DNA of 37,502 bases, taken from Octopus bimaculoides. Taxonomy: Eukaryota. Position 1 is the first letter of the stretch. Every line of letters begins with the position of its first letter. The notes under the pieces are model-generated. The model was given only the letters and a program-made list of their open reading frames with translations. It did no database searches and was not told the DNA's origin. The position numbers and the translations under genes were made by a program. The stretch covers positions 73,227,661 to 73,265,162 of the forward strand of contig NC_068986.1 of NCBI RefSeq assembly GCF_001194135.2, in the 5' to 3' direction. This document shows, one piece after another, positions 11,627 through 25,098 of this stretch.

Positions 11627-12503
11627 ACTTCTCAAACCGCTTTCTTCAAGTCATTGGCCACCCCGATAGCCCAGATATACCACCCTAGGCTTTGTTGGTT
11701 CACGCAGAATGGAAGGATATATANNNNNNNNNNNNNNNNNNNNNNNNNNNNNNNNNNNNNNNNNNNNNNNNNNNNNNNNNNNNNNNNNNNNNNNNNNNNN
11801 NNNNNNNNNNNNNNNNNNNNNNNNNNNNNNNNNNNNNNNNNNNNNNNNNNNNNNNNNNNNNNNNNNNNNNNNNNNNNNNNNNNNNNNNNNNNNNNNNNNN
11901 NNNNNNNNNNNNNNNNNNNNNNNNNNNNNNNNNNNNNNNNNNNNNNNNNNNNNNNNNNNNNNNNNNNNNNNNNNNNNNNNNNNNNNNNNNNNNATATATA
12001 TATATATAATTCCTACTGCCGTAAAAATTGCAGCTTGTTATGCTCGACACTCACCCTCTCTAATACGTCTCCACTTGGTAACTGTTGTCGCTAACATACT
12101 ACATCCTGCAAATAACGACAAACGGACACCAACATCTTATCTATCCTACTACACGCAGTATCCAGTGTAAAGAGTGATTGTCACTGAATTATTACATCCC
12201 GCAGAATACTCTGAATAAACGACGCTAAAATCCTGTCTGCTCCACCATGTGGACATGAAAACAAACAGACAAAAAACAACAACAAAAAACGCCAGAAAAT
12301 ATTGCTAATATTGCTTTGATAGCAAACTTAAAAACGCAACTTGAACTGACCAATGGAAGCCTTTACACTCACATATAGAAGTGATTTTAAGTTTCATTTA
12401 AATCCTCTTCAGTCTATCTCTGAATATCTGATGAATGTGAATGTACGTGTATGATTCCCATAAAACTTTAAGCAATGTAAAATTGAGTCGAACTGTTATT
12501 GAA

Positions 12504-12700
12504 ATTTGTAATATCATTTTGAAAATACCAAGTAGCCCTACGCCCTTCTCCATTCTCTGAATGCAACTCAACCGTATAACTGACCCAGTTATAAACAGTT
12601 TTATTGCGTGATGTTGTCATAGTATTAATTTGGTTTTCTGCTTTTTATATTTTATTGTTAATTTGAAAGATCTTAATTGTTCTAGCCATGTAAGTAGTTT
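12504..12700. repeat. 197-bp direct duplicate of 11430-11626
   Basis: Aligned by eye at about 95% identity, with the same end points. Confidence 0.9.
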
Positions 12701-12757
12701 ATTGAATGCAACCCAAAATGTTGTGTGCTACTTTCTATCGCACAAGTAATATATATA

Positions 12758-13975
12758 TTAGGTTGTCACACATGAAATTCGTATTTGAAAAGTAGCAATA
12801 AGATGTTAGAGAACTGATTTCTTTAATCAAAGTATGATTCATGTTTATTTATGAATTTTACCCAACGTTTCTCTAAGTCATATATTCCATCTTTAAAAAA
12901 AAAACTTTCATCTTTTGCTGTGATAAACTGTCCGAATGCTTCAATTACCGCTTCTCTATTTAAGAATGTTTTATTGTGTATGAAAAGCTCAAAGTGCTTA
13001 AATAAGTGATAATCAGTAGCAGTGCAAGATCTCATAATTCAGACTTTGTAACTTTTGGACCGTAGCTTGAGAACTGTGCGGATGTGTATTGTCGTGGAGC
13101 AAAATTGGGCCATGTCTATTCACCAGTCTGGATTGCTTCTTTTTCAAATTCTCATGCATACAATCAATTTCCTGGCAATGGGATATTACTGTTACCGATT
13201 TTTTTCTTGCTGAAAAAATGAATAATGAATAAAACCCCTTGGCAGACCACCATACAATGACCACTAAGTAGGGTGCAATGATGGTTTTTGGGTAATGTTT
13301 AGGTGACTCTCCTGCATCTAATCACTGTCCTGTTTCCATGCGGTTGTCAAAGAGTATCCATTTATCATCATGTAATTATTTGATGCAAAAATGGGTTTTT
13401 TTCGAGTCGAGAAAGCAATAAGGAGCACATTTCGAGGTGCCTGTTTTCGTTTTAATCTCGTTCAGTTGATATGGAACAAACCTATCCGTTTTCTTGACTT
13501 TTCCAATTTTTTTCAGATGTCGAGAAACAGTTGTGCGAGATGTTTAGAGTTCTGGTGAGAGTTTTCGGACCGTTGTTCTCGGATTTTGTTCAACGAAAGT
13601 TTTTAATCCATCATGCTGAGTAACTAATTTTGCCCCCCCTTACCCCCTGGTTCATTTTCAAGGCTATCATCTCCTGAACGAGATATTTGGAACATCTCTG
13701 AAAAGTTCTGATGTCAACAAAACCATCACCAAAGACCTGTTGATATTCTGTAGAGCTTCTGCAGCAGAGTAACCCAGTTTGTTTGTACTCATACAAGAAG
13801 ATCACTCAATATTGTTTGATTGTTATCAAATTTTCATAAGGTCTGTGGGTACGAATTTTGTATACCGATATTGTTTGGAAAGGAAAAAAGTTTAAATGCG
13901 GAGGTATACATAATTGAGTTTTTAAATGACTGAAGTAACAAGTAGTTAAAAATGCATCATTTCATTTGTGACAAC

Positions 13976-13979
<4 letters not shown>
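12758..13979 (-). mobile_element. Near full-length mariner (Tc1/mariner) element with defective transposase
   Basis: TIRs TTAGGTTGTCACA(C/A)ATGAAAT at 12758 and ending at 13979, with TA on both sides. Minus-strand pieces include KWILFDN, MVIVWWS, ILLHDN.HPH, ATDYHLF and W...YFD*. Confidence 0.92.
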
Positions 13980-14017
<38 letters not shown>

Positions 14018-14221
14018 NNNNNNNNNNNNNNNNNNNNNNNNNNNNNNNNNNNNNNNNNNNNNNNNNNNNNNNNNNNNNNNNNNNNNNNNNNNNNNNNNNN
14101 NNNNNNNNNNNNNNNNNNNNNNNNNNNNNNNNNNNNNNNNNNNNNNNNNNNNNNNNNNNNNNNNNNNNNNNNNNNNNNNNNNNNNNNNNNNNNNNNNNNN
14201 NNNNNNNNNNNNNNNNNNNNN

Positions 14222-14310
14222 TATGTATGTATGTATGTATGTATGTATGTATGTATGTATGTATGTATGTATGTATGTATGTATGTATGTATGTATGTAT
14301 GTATATATAT
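14222..14310. repeat. (ATGT)n microsatellite
   Basis: Read directly from the sequence. Confidence 0.95.
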
Positions 14311-14452
14311 GTATGTATATATTAGAAAAAATGATAATCAGGTACTCAGATGTCTGGATGGTTGCATATTTACAGATTTTTATTCATATGTCACATGTTT
14401 TATAAATTAGCGCTTTCACCTAGTCTTGTAGGTTTATCAAATTTCGAGAGAA

Positions 14453-14480
<28 letters not shown>

Positions 14481-14484
<4 letters not shown>

Positions 14485-14757
14485 ATGGACTCTCACGTCG
14501 AAGACAGCGTATAAGCGTTCAGCTTTTGCCGAACGACCTGCGCAAATGATTTGTTTAAAATGATCAAATGTATGTGCCGTTCATTAACTCACTCCCTCCA
14601 TCAAATCGACGTTATCTGAACAGATGCATGATGTACCACACGTCAGATGTCGAAGTGATCATAGAGCAACGTGAGATGAAGTGTTTTGCTCAAGAACACA
14701 ACGCACCACCCGATCTGGGAATTGAAACCACGACCTAAACACTAGGCCATGCTTCCT
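14481..14757 (-). mobile_element. tRNA-derived SINE (group S2, tail type B), internally deleted head
   Basis: Homologous to 7296-7580. The 3' end runs into (TA)n at 14454-14480. Confidence 0.75.
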
Positions 14758-15270
14758 ACACACACACACNNNNNNNNNNNNNNNNNNNNNNNNNNNNNNN
14801 NNNNNNNNNNNNNNNNNNNNNNNNNNNNNNNNNNNNNNNNNNNNNNNNNNNNNNNNNNNNNNNNNNNNNNNNNNNNNNNNNNNNNNNNNNNNNNNNNNNN
14901 NNNNNNNNNNNNNNNNNNNNNNNNNNNNNNNNNNNNNNNNNNNNNNNNNNNNNNNNNNNNNNNNNNNNNNNNNNNNNNNNNNNNNNNNNNNNNNNNNNNN
15001 NNNNNNNNNNNNNNNNNNNNNNNNNNNNNNNNNNNNNNNNNNNNNNNNNNNNNNNNNNNNNNNNNNNNNNNNNNNNNNNNNNNNNNNNNNNNNNNNNNNN
15101 NNNNNNNNNNNNNNNNNNNNNNNNNNNNNNNNNNNNNNNNNNNNNNNNNNNNNNNNNNNNNNNNNNNNNNNNNNNNNNNNNNNNNNNNNNNNNNNNNNNN
15201 NNNNNNNNNNNNNNNNNNNNNNNNNNNNNNNNNNNNNNNNNNNNNNNNNNNNNNNNNNNNNNNNNNNNNN

Positions 15271-15336
<66 letters not shown>

Positions 15337-15352
15337 GTGCGTGCGTGCGCGC
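15271..15352. repeat. (GT)n/(GC) microsatellite
   Basis: Read directly from the sequence. Confidence 0.95.
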
Positions 15353-16059
15353 GAGTGTTTTGTTTTAGAGTTTTAGTGTATTATCCTCGATTGTAAAGCT
15401 GGCTATGAACGTGAGCTTGAGTTTGACGTATGAAACGTATTGTGAGCAAATACTAAAGAAATATTTTGAAACTTGCTGCAGCTAAAACTATTCTATTTTC
15501 ATTTCTTTTCAGCAGAAACTATAACGTAATCAATCTATCTATATTTCTTCATTTCCTTGCATAATCAGTAAATGGTTGCATATCTTGAATGTCTATACAC
15601 ACACGCGAAGTCAGGATCTACTCCCACTCAATCAGCACTTTTGCACACACACACACACACACATGTACAAGGAGATCCCTTCCAAATACAAAAACATCAA
15701 ATTCTATTTGGCTTTTTTGTACATTAAGACAAGTATTGTCTTGCCGTGTATAAGGTGTACTGTCACTTAAGAAGCACTCATATTTTATTAGTATATTTTG
15801 CAGAAAAAAACATATTTAGCATGTTTTTTTTTGTACATCTAATAAAAAATATTTTTAAATGGTTTTGTATGATTCTGTGCTTGTAAATACGATGTTGTGT
15901 GCATTATACTGAAATAAAGTATGAAACAATAAATTTATCATATATAAATTACGTTTCTCGATCGCCGTATTTGAACGTTATCTTCTTTCAGAGCGACAGT
16001 ATAATTGTTAATATTTTGATCGGGGGAATAAAAACTTAGTACCAATCCCAAAATCCTCG

Positions 16060-16742
16060 CTGTCTCTAATAGAGCAGTTTTTTTTAGCATGCTCTACCGT
16101 CATGTCAATTCTAATTTCTCCGACATACTTCTTAGACTTGGTTGTTAGTGCACCGAGTGCCCCTAAAACTACTGGGATGACACTTACTGTCTTCATTGCC
16201 CACATTTTTGCAATTTCGTCTTTTAGTAATTTGTATTTTTCCACCTTTTCCAGCTCTTTGTCACCTACGCATGCGTCCCCAGATATGGCAATATCTATAA
16301 TCTTAGTTTCCTTCTTAATTTTTTCCATTACAATAATTAGTGAATGACAGTGGATTGTGAAATCTCACAAGATCATATATTCATTACTCTTAGTGACGCC
16401 TTCTGATTTATTTTCGTACCATTTCCATGTTCTTCCAAGATCGTACTTCTCACACAAATTCCAGCGAACAACCTTATCCACATTATCGTGCCTCCTTTTG
16501 TATTCCTTTTGAGCCCGTTTTCTACACTCATTCACAACATGTGAAATTGTTTCGTTTTTGCTGCTACACACCTTACAAAGGAGCGATTCACTGCTCTAAT
16601 CTATTTGGAACTTGGTGTAATTAGCTTTCAGAGCTTGTTCCTGGGCGCTGCATATCAATTCCTCAGAGCATCCTTAGCCACTTCCAGGTGTTGATCTTGT
16701 CTTTCCCTTCGGCTTTTCTGAGGTATTGCCTTTGCATTGTTT

Positions 16743-16744
<2 letters not shown>
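16060..16744 (-). mobile_element. R4/Dong-type retrotransposon 3' coding fragment (CCHC plus RLE), family C
   Basis: AQEQAL..CKVC.SKNETISHVVNEC..QKEYKRRHDNV, then IIDIAISGD..KELEKVEKYKLL..MW..IPVVLGALG. The 5' break abuts (TAA)n. Confidence 0.85.

Positions 16745-16789
<45 letters not shown>
16745..16789. repeat. (ATT)15 microsatellite
   Basis: Read directly from the sequence. Confidence 0.95.
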
Positions 16790-17284
16790 GACTGAGAGAG
16801 CAGTGCATGCCATCAAAGTGACACTGGGGTAAAATATACAAAACCCATTATACCCATCATGACTACCCGTCTGATAAGGGCACAGGCATCACAACCATAT
16901 ATGTTCACGACATGGTGGTCTCATATCAAGATAAACAGCGCATGACCTTGCAGGTGGTGCCCAGTTAGAATTTTCTTCAGATCGAGTAGCCCTCCCGCTC
17001 AAAAGGTCCTTGAATAAGGGTTGTTTAAGGTTGTTGATAGAAACACCCATGTTTCCAGAAGTGAATTATTCAAACTCCAAAAGAATTCCTCTCAGCACAT
17101 GGCTATGATACTCCCCCACTACTTCTGCTCGTGATCAGAGGTGTACATATCGTCAGCCATTAAGGGAAATTTTCCACTGTTTAAGGTGAAACAAACTGAC
17201 AAGCAAATTTGTGGTATTGAGTACAATATTTGCTGTAGCCCATCTTTTATACCAAGACAAAACATGTACATGATAACACTTCCA
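16790..17284. mobile_element. ~500-bp non-coding interspersed repeat bounded by triplet microsatellites (copy 1)
   Basis: Colinear with 25099-25652 at roughly 85% identity. Both copies start GA..GAGAGAGCAGT.CATGCCATC immediately after (ATT)n. Confidence 0.8.
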
Positions 17285-17288
17285 GTCG

Positions 17289-17320
<32 letters not shown>

Positions 17321-17371
17321 GTCATCATCATCATCATCATCATTATCATTATTATTATTACTATTATTATC
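17285..17371. repeat. Compound (TCA)n/(TTA)n microsatellite
   Basis: Read directly from the sequence. Confidence 0.95.
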
Positions 17372-17584
17372 AAGGCGGCGAACTAACAAAATCGTTAGCA
17401 CGCCGGACGAAATGCTTAGCGGTATTTCGTCTATCGCTACGTTCTGACTTCAAATTCCGTCGAGGTTGACTTTGCCTTTCATCCTTTCGGGGTCGATAAA
17501 CTAAATACCAATTGAGTACTGGTGTCGATGTAATCGACTATCCCCTTCACCCAAATTTCAGGCCTTGTGCCTATAGTAGAAAGG
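17372..17584 (+). mobile_element. tRNA-derived SINE (group S1), full length
   Basis: Head AAGGCGGCGAACT..GTTAGC, B-box-like GACTTCAAATTCC and core GCCTTTCATCCTTTCGGGGTCGATAAA. Followed by (ATT)n at 17585-17666. Confidence 0.85.

Positions 17585-17666
<82 letters not shown>
17585..17666. repeat. (ATT)27 microsatellite (SINE tail)
   Basis: Read directly from the sequence. Confidence 0.95.
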
Positions 17667-17668
<2 letters not shown>

Positions 17669-18095
17669 CTCTATTAATAACTAGATGGTTATACATTGAT
17701 TGTTTCATATATTTATAGTAAATAATCGTAGTCTCAAAGTGTGAAAAAAAGTCAGCAAATATTGCAAAATAAATTAATTAAAATTGAATGTGATTCGATA
17801 ACATATTTAGATTAATGTTCCGAAAACCTGTTTTACTCAATAACCAAACGCAAATATACAAATAAATAAAAAAACGAATGAAGAAGCACAAATATTGATC
17901 TTATTGAAATATGTTAAATAAAGAAATATAAAAATGACATGGATAAAAGCAAACAAATGTAGATTAAGATAATTGTGATTTTAATTTGTGTGAAACGTCA
18001 TAAAAATTTGGGACTTGTAATTAATAATTGGATGGTTAAGTAATTAATTAAATTCTTTATTCCCATGATATATATTGTCAACATACTAAATTTTT

Positions 18096-19170
<1,075 letters not shown>

Positions 19171-19629
19171 TACACACACACAATATCATGTTGTGGCATG
19201 TGTGCCTACCACAAGTGGTGGTAAATGTTTACGAAATTTGCTAATGAAGGTTAATATTAGAATAGTGTATTCCGAAATGAGTTTAACGTACAGGCAGAAG
19301 CCCAATTTTGTAACCAGCTCCAAGTTTCTTAATAGGTCGTCATCCAGTGTTGTTTTTGTTGTTGTGTAGACAGACCTGACCTAAGATGACAGTCCACATT
19401 TTGTAATGTTAGGTTTTCATATACAGTGGTTTCTGTATTCCATGGCGCATAAGACACTTTACGATTCGTTTATAATGCTGAAACACGGAGTAGATAAAGC
19501 TATAATAATGATAGCGTATAAATACTGGTTTGAAAAACGTTATTATTTATCTCATCTGCTTCGAGTTTTAATATTAAATATGATATATTTCGCATTTTTC
19601 GGAGCTATTTAATTCTTATGACGTAAACA

Positions 19630-19634
<5 letters not shown>

Positions 19635-19693
<59 letters not shown>
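19635..19693. repeat. (CA)n microsatellite abutting a gap
   Basis: Read directly from the sequence. Confidence 0.95.
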
Positions 19694-20094
19694 NNNNNNN
19701 NNNNNNNNNNNNNNNNNNNNNNNNNNNNNNNNNNNNNNNNNNNNNNNNNNNNNNNNNNNNNNNNNNNNNNNNNNNNNNNNNNNNNNNNNNNNNNNNNNNN
19801 NNNNNNNNNNNNNNNNNNNNNNNNNNNNNNNNNNNNNNNNNNNNNNNNNNNNNNNNNNNNNNNNNNNNNNNNNNNNNNNNNNNNNNNNNNNNNNNNNNNN
19901 NNNNNNNNNNNNNNNNNNNNNNNNNNNNNNNNNNNNNNNNNNNNNNNNNNNNNNNNNNNNNNNNNNNNNNNNNNNNNNNNNNNNNNNNNNNNNNNNNNNN
20001 NNNNNNNNNNNNNNNNNNNNNNNNNNNNNNNNNNNNNNNNNNNNNNNNNNNNNNNNNNNNNNNNNNNNNNNNNNNNNNNAATCGGAAGTATCTG

Positions 20095-20472
20095 AATGCG
20101 TGTCCGCGCCATATATCCATCAACCCATCAATCATTGCCCAAAAATGGAAGATCCCATATATAGAGAGTTGGCTTGCCGAAACGACACATTGCTTCCCTT
20201 TCTTTATCCTCGCTGAAACTCACATAAACAGCGCACATATGGATGCCGAAGTAAAAATAAAAGATTTCACCATCGTCTGTGCAGATCGTACAGACCGAAA
20301 TAAAGGGGGGCAGCCATCTTTCTCCATGACTCCTTTTCAGTTGATGCCAAGGACGTATTTTCCAATGGCTATTGTGAATCCATATCAGTATTCAACATGG
20401 CCAAAGACATAATCATTGTTGGTCTTTACAGGCCTCCTCAAGCACTTCTAAAGTGTTTTGAAGAGTGCCTCA
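20095..20472 (+). mobile_element. LINE apurinic-like endonuclease (APE) fragment, CR1/L2-like
   Basis: Translation from 20143: KWKIPYIESWL..FILAETHI..DAEVKIKDFTIVCADRTDRNKGG, then (frameshift) AIFLHD..SNGYCES..IIVGLYRPP. Not in the ORF track. Confidence 0.75.
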
Positions 20473-21759
20473 ACATGCTCTTCATGTTTAAATCTTCATG
20501 TCTTTTTAACCCTTTTTCTCTTGCATATTTACTTTAACTCCCACTCTTACCCAATCTCTGCCTTCCTAGAATCTTTTATCTTACTTTCCCTCTTTCTCTC
20601 TCTCTTTCTCTTTTAGTTTCTTTCTTTCTCTAGTTTTATCTCTGTTTCTCATATTTTCACTCTTTATCTCTTCTCTGATCACCCACTCTCAGTCTCGTCC
20701 CCTCTGTCTATGTATCTTTCTCTATTCACCATTCTCAGTACCAAAATAATTCCCGCACCCCACCCCACACCCACTACCATAACTACCACCTGTTTATTTC
20801 TCTTTTTATTTGAGTTAGTTCCTTTAGCGCTACACAAAGCAAGTTGTAACGGACTGTTGTATTAATATATAGATCATTAGCCTTATATTCTAATATTTAC
20901 CGTCTATTACAACTGGTCAGTTTGTTGCTAACAATTCATTCATTTTCATTGTGAAAAACCTCCGTTATTTCATCAATATCATTCCTTTCTTTCACCGCAC
21001 AGTTGTCTTAAGCGTTAAGATTTTCTATATCTATTGCTTTCAGAGAAAAGCATGCGAGTCTTTAGGAACAACGCTATCCATTTATTCTACTTGTCGCTTT
21101 ATATTGTCTTTATATTGTCCATTTTAATGTTATATATCATCGTTACTATACTCCTGAGCTGTTATTACGGTGTATTTAGTCTCTCTTTTTAAGTTCCATC
21201 TATTTTCAGTCGTTTGAATTAGCTTGCCTTCAACATACTGTCTGAGATGTATTTTCTTCAATCTACGTTTTTCTAAACTATTATTTTCATTCAATCTTTT
21301 CAATTACCGAGATTTTTTTTTATTTCGCACTTTTTGTCTTTCCGTGATCTATTAATTCGATGCTCCGAAGTTCATCCCACTTTCTTCTATAACTTCAGGT
21401 CATATATCTTATAACCTCTCTATTATTATTCTCTTTATGCTTTCCTTTATATTTTGTACTCTGTGGCCAACTTAACACTCCCTCCTCTTCTCTCTTCCCC
21501 CTCTCTCCTCTCTGTGTTTTTCTCGTCATAAGTTTTTTGCAGTAAATGGTAAATTGGCAGAACAATGAACACAAAATGACTTACAGCCTGAATTTAAATC
21601 TTCCTCAACCAGAGTCCATTTAACTCTTCATTCTTTTGGCTTTGATAAAATAAATTTCGGCCATGTGAAGGGAGTCTATTAAATTAGTTGCATTCTCCCA
21701 CCACATTTGTGTTCATGTGCCTAGGGAAGATGCGGAGTGGCCGAATCGGCACCAAGACC

Positions 21760-21850
21760 GATCGGTACTTTGTTCCACCTATTTATGCTCTAAGTTTAAT
21801 TCTCGCTGAATTCGACTTCCTCTTTCATCTTTTTGGGTCGATAAAATACA
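21760..21850 (+). mobile_element. Degenerate S1 SINE fragment
   Basis: CTAAGTTTAATTCTCGCTGAATTCGACTT..TTTCATCTTTTTGGGTCGATAAAATA resembles the S1 B-box and core. Confidence 0.5.
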
Positions 21851-21959
21851 CCGATGGAATGGAAGATTTCGAAGGGAGAACAAGTTGAAGAATTTATAAG
21901 AATTTGCTGGAATAAACATCCATAACTAACCTGAAGGACGGATCGTCCATTCATCCAAC

Positions 21960-24517
21960 ATTACCTTACTCAGAACAGGCAGCGTGAATGCACGTGGCCT
22001 GGGTCACATTGGAAGAAGTAGCATCTGCTCAACGACTTCAGATCATTAGCCATGGATGTGGTGGACATCAGTGAAACCAAAATTACCGAGCCACGAGCTA
22101 GCTTTCACGCCCACTTTCGACGGCTACGAGGCGTACACATCTCCAAGTCCATTGAGAACGGGAGGCACAGTCGCTGTGTTGTTTCAGAAAGTCTGTTCCC
22201 GGACTCAGAAGTTTAACTCAGGACTGTTGGACACGACCAGCAACAAAGGCCATACCATCTGTCTTGTAGGGGTGGGGCAGTCAGATTTCTTCAGGTGTCT
22301 AGAGTCTTTCTTAGGAACATATCGTCTTTTATAGCTAGCGTGTGGTTTGATTGGTATCTTGGATACATGACGGGGTTTTGTGAGGCTAGCCAATAGAAGA
22401 GGGGAGTACAAACCTGCTAAGACGTTTCCAGCAGTCTAACAGGCACCGGCTGGATATCTAGAATGTGCCATCCAACAGTCTGACAGGTACCGATTGAATA
22501 TCCAGAATATGCCACTGGGAAAATGGACAAATTACATCCGTAATTTAGATTTATCTAGATAGAATATTCTGTGGAGTACTTGATAGGGTTAGCATATGTT
22601 GTCCACGATTCAGAGTGATCAGCTACACAAGTGGTTCTCAACCGGGGTCCGTATGATCCTTGGGGGTCCATATAAAATTTTGCTGTTAAAATCTATGTGC
22701 AATAAACTGGTTATGCTTCAACAATACACAAATTGTTATAGCAATATTTTAAATGCAATTTCTAATGATATTTAATTATCAAAATGCAATAGGATTTTGT
22801 AAACATTGAATGGTTAGGAGTGTACAACCGAATAAAATTGGAATCAGGGGTTTATAGGTAAAGAAAAAAAGATGGTTGAGAATCATTAAGTTACATATGC
22901 CATCAATTTGACCTCTGTGCGCTCAACCTAGGCAGGTTTCGTAGGCAGGGGCCTGATTATTGGGAAGCTGAATGAGTTACAGAGGCCGGATTAATCAAGT
23001 GATTTTTGCGGAAGTTGACAGGGACAATCACCAGCAACAAATGATGGTCCACCATGAAAAGTGCGATTAGAATAGGATTGATTTTTTGTTAGAAACTTGA
23101 AAGTGTCGCTTGGAAAAGGCATCTCAGCTGACGTTCTTGCTACGAGATTGAACCTATATCAATTCTTCAAAGCGGAGCAGCAAGGCTGCGTTGTCGTAAG
23201 TAAGGCACGTGTTCTAAAACATGAAGGAACGAATCAACCAAAATTAATCAGGAAATGCCGATGGATTTACAGTTCAGTCCATGTTGTTCAACAGCAGACA
23301 GACGGACCAGTTGCATAGGCTACGGCTTGGTCTAGTTCACCTGAAGAAGGACTAGGATGAAGTGACGACCAGGGTGACCGGTCTCACCCAGAAATAGATG
23401 GAGAGGAAGCCATCCCCGAACAGCCGGGCAGAGGCAATGAACGCCTATATCGCTCCCGTCACCAATTACCACCTGACCGTCGTACCTTGCACAAGTTCAC
23501 ATTCGACCGGAATGGTGTATCTGCTCTTCTATTATTATTATTTTTGGACAGAATGTATTCCACTGGTCAGGCGTTCCATTCGCTATCTTCACCTGCTGCG
23601 AGGAGGACTGGGCATATCATATTGATGCACGGAGATGTGATAAGGCTGCGACATCTCCGACATTTCCTTGATGGTGAATAGGTGTGATCGTCGTTTGCTA
23701 GACGTGTTTTCTTCCAGCTAAACCATGAAACGACAGCGACAGGTGCTTGATATTCAGAATGTCATCAAGTTCACACAACCTTCTGAGCAATGCAGTAGGT
23801 AGACGTTCCACGTTTGCGATCAACTAAAGATTAATGGTGGGAAAAAGTGAGGGTGTTCTTGAGGAGACTCAGAGCATCGATGAAAATCAATTGGCTGGTC
23901 CTGGTCCTGGCACCAGAGTGGGGGCATTACTGGTTCGTAATGATCTCTACAGACATATAAGTGCCGTCAACCAGTCCTGTTCGAGATGCGCACAGAACAA
24001 CGAAACTGTTAAGCACGCACTCGTTCAGTGACCTACCATTGCTGACTTGTAGAATTATGTGGAACAGTTGCTATGATGTGTAGAACGGATCCAGCTATCA
24101 GCTGAGTTCATTGTGAAGATCATCTCACCACCTTCCTTTGTTGATGAGGAGAACCAGTTTTTATATGTCAGATGACCTAAGCAAAAGAACTTGCATGGTA
24201 GACAAAACTAAAAAGGGCTTAAGGCAGTTACCTTCTTCTTTAGCCAAGCCCTCGACTCTGAACATGCGCCTGTAGGCTGGAGAACAACTGGGAGAAAGTA
24301 CTTGCATTTATTCTTAGTGGATGACCGTGGTTTTGTGGCGTTTCCACGACTAGTCCCCGGAAATCGCCTTATTTTTGGGAAATTTTCTTTTTCTGAATTT
24401 TCTTTTTTGTTGCTTTTAGCATTTTTTTTTGTTTTCACCTTTTATATAGTCCAAAACTTTAACGCCTTGAACTGTCTTCGATTTTTTTGTCAACCCTTGC
24501 TGGTTTATAAAGAAAAC
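21960..24517 (+). mobile_element. L1/Tx1-type ORF2 remnant with 3' UTR; most of the RT domain absent
   Basis: APE motifs: LRTGSVNARGL, LLNDFRSLAMDVVDISETK, GGTVAVLF and LDRI. Post-RT motifs: TDGPV, RAEAMNAYI, PLVRRS..GGLG and LRHLRHFL. Zinc finger CSRC..NETVKHA at ~23968-24030. A T-rich 3' UTR ends ATAAAGAAAAC plus (ATT)n. Confidence 0.8.
22629..22888. mobile_element. hAT (Charlie-like) MITE inserted into the Tx1 ORF2
   Basis: TIRs AAGTGGTTCTCAACC and GGTTGAGAATCATTA. Degenerate 8-bp TSD AGCTACAC (22621-22628) / AGTTACAT (22889-22896). Confidence 0.75.
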
Positions 24518-24556
24518 ATTATTATTATTATTGTTGTTGTTGCTGTTATTATTATT

Positions 24557-24885
24557 CAGTAGTCTTTCACTGCACTACCAAGCACAGCTCTGTGTGCCTT
24601 TGGTATGAGCTGCGGTTTGTTGTGATGCTCTTATTTACGCTGTACTGAAAGTGTTTTACGTTGGATGTGTGCGGTGCCTAGTAGTGCTATTTTCTGTATG
24701 TTATATATACTTGCTAGTCCTGGTGTTTTTGTTAGGTATTTGTCTGAATATATTTTTATCATACATTACGCGCCGACTATGATAGGAATTATTTCTGTTT
24801 TTAGACTCCACATTCGGGTTACCTCTATTTCCAAATCTTTGCATTTTGATAGTTTCTCCATTTCTTTTAGAGAAACGTTGTCATC

Positions 24886-24887
<2 letters not shown>
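24557..24887 (-). mobile_element. 5'-truncated R4/Dong-type 3' end, family A/B (copy A)
   Basis: DDNVSLKEMEKLSKCKDLEIEVTRMWSLKTEIIPIIVGA plus a 3' UTR homologous to 25674-26020. (TTA)n on both sides. Confidence 0.85.

Positions 24888-24966
<79 letters not shown>
24888..24966. repeat. (TTA)n microsatellite
   Basis: Read directly from the sequence. Confidence 0.95.
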
Positions 24967-24967
<1 letters not shown>

Positions 24968-24971
24968 TTTA

Positions 24972-25077
24972 TTCCGCCGCGGTCGACTTTGCCTTCATCC
25001 TTTCGGGGTCGATAAATTAATCGACTCATCCCCTCCCCGCCAAAATTGCTGCTCTTGCGGCAAAATTTGAAACTGTT
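24972..25077 (+). mobile_element. S1 SINE fragment (5'-truncated, internally deleted)
   Basis: TTCCGCCGCGGTCGACTTTGCCTTCATCCTTTCGGGGTCGATAAATTAA..CAAAATTTGAAAC. Confidence 0.75.
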
Positions 25078-25098
25078 ATCCTCATTATTATTATTATT

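Noticed and set aside
11430-12700. Direct repeats as LTRs of a small LTR retroelement
   Set aside because: No TG...CA ends, PBS, PPT or TSD seen, and the repeat derives from LINE-internal sequence.
15491-15515. Strong polypyrimidine tract with tandem CAGCAG acceptor
   Set aside because: No downstream open exon or donor identified; such motifs are common by chance in AT-rich DNA.
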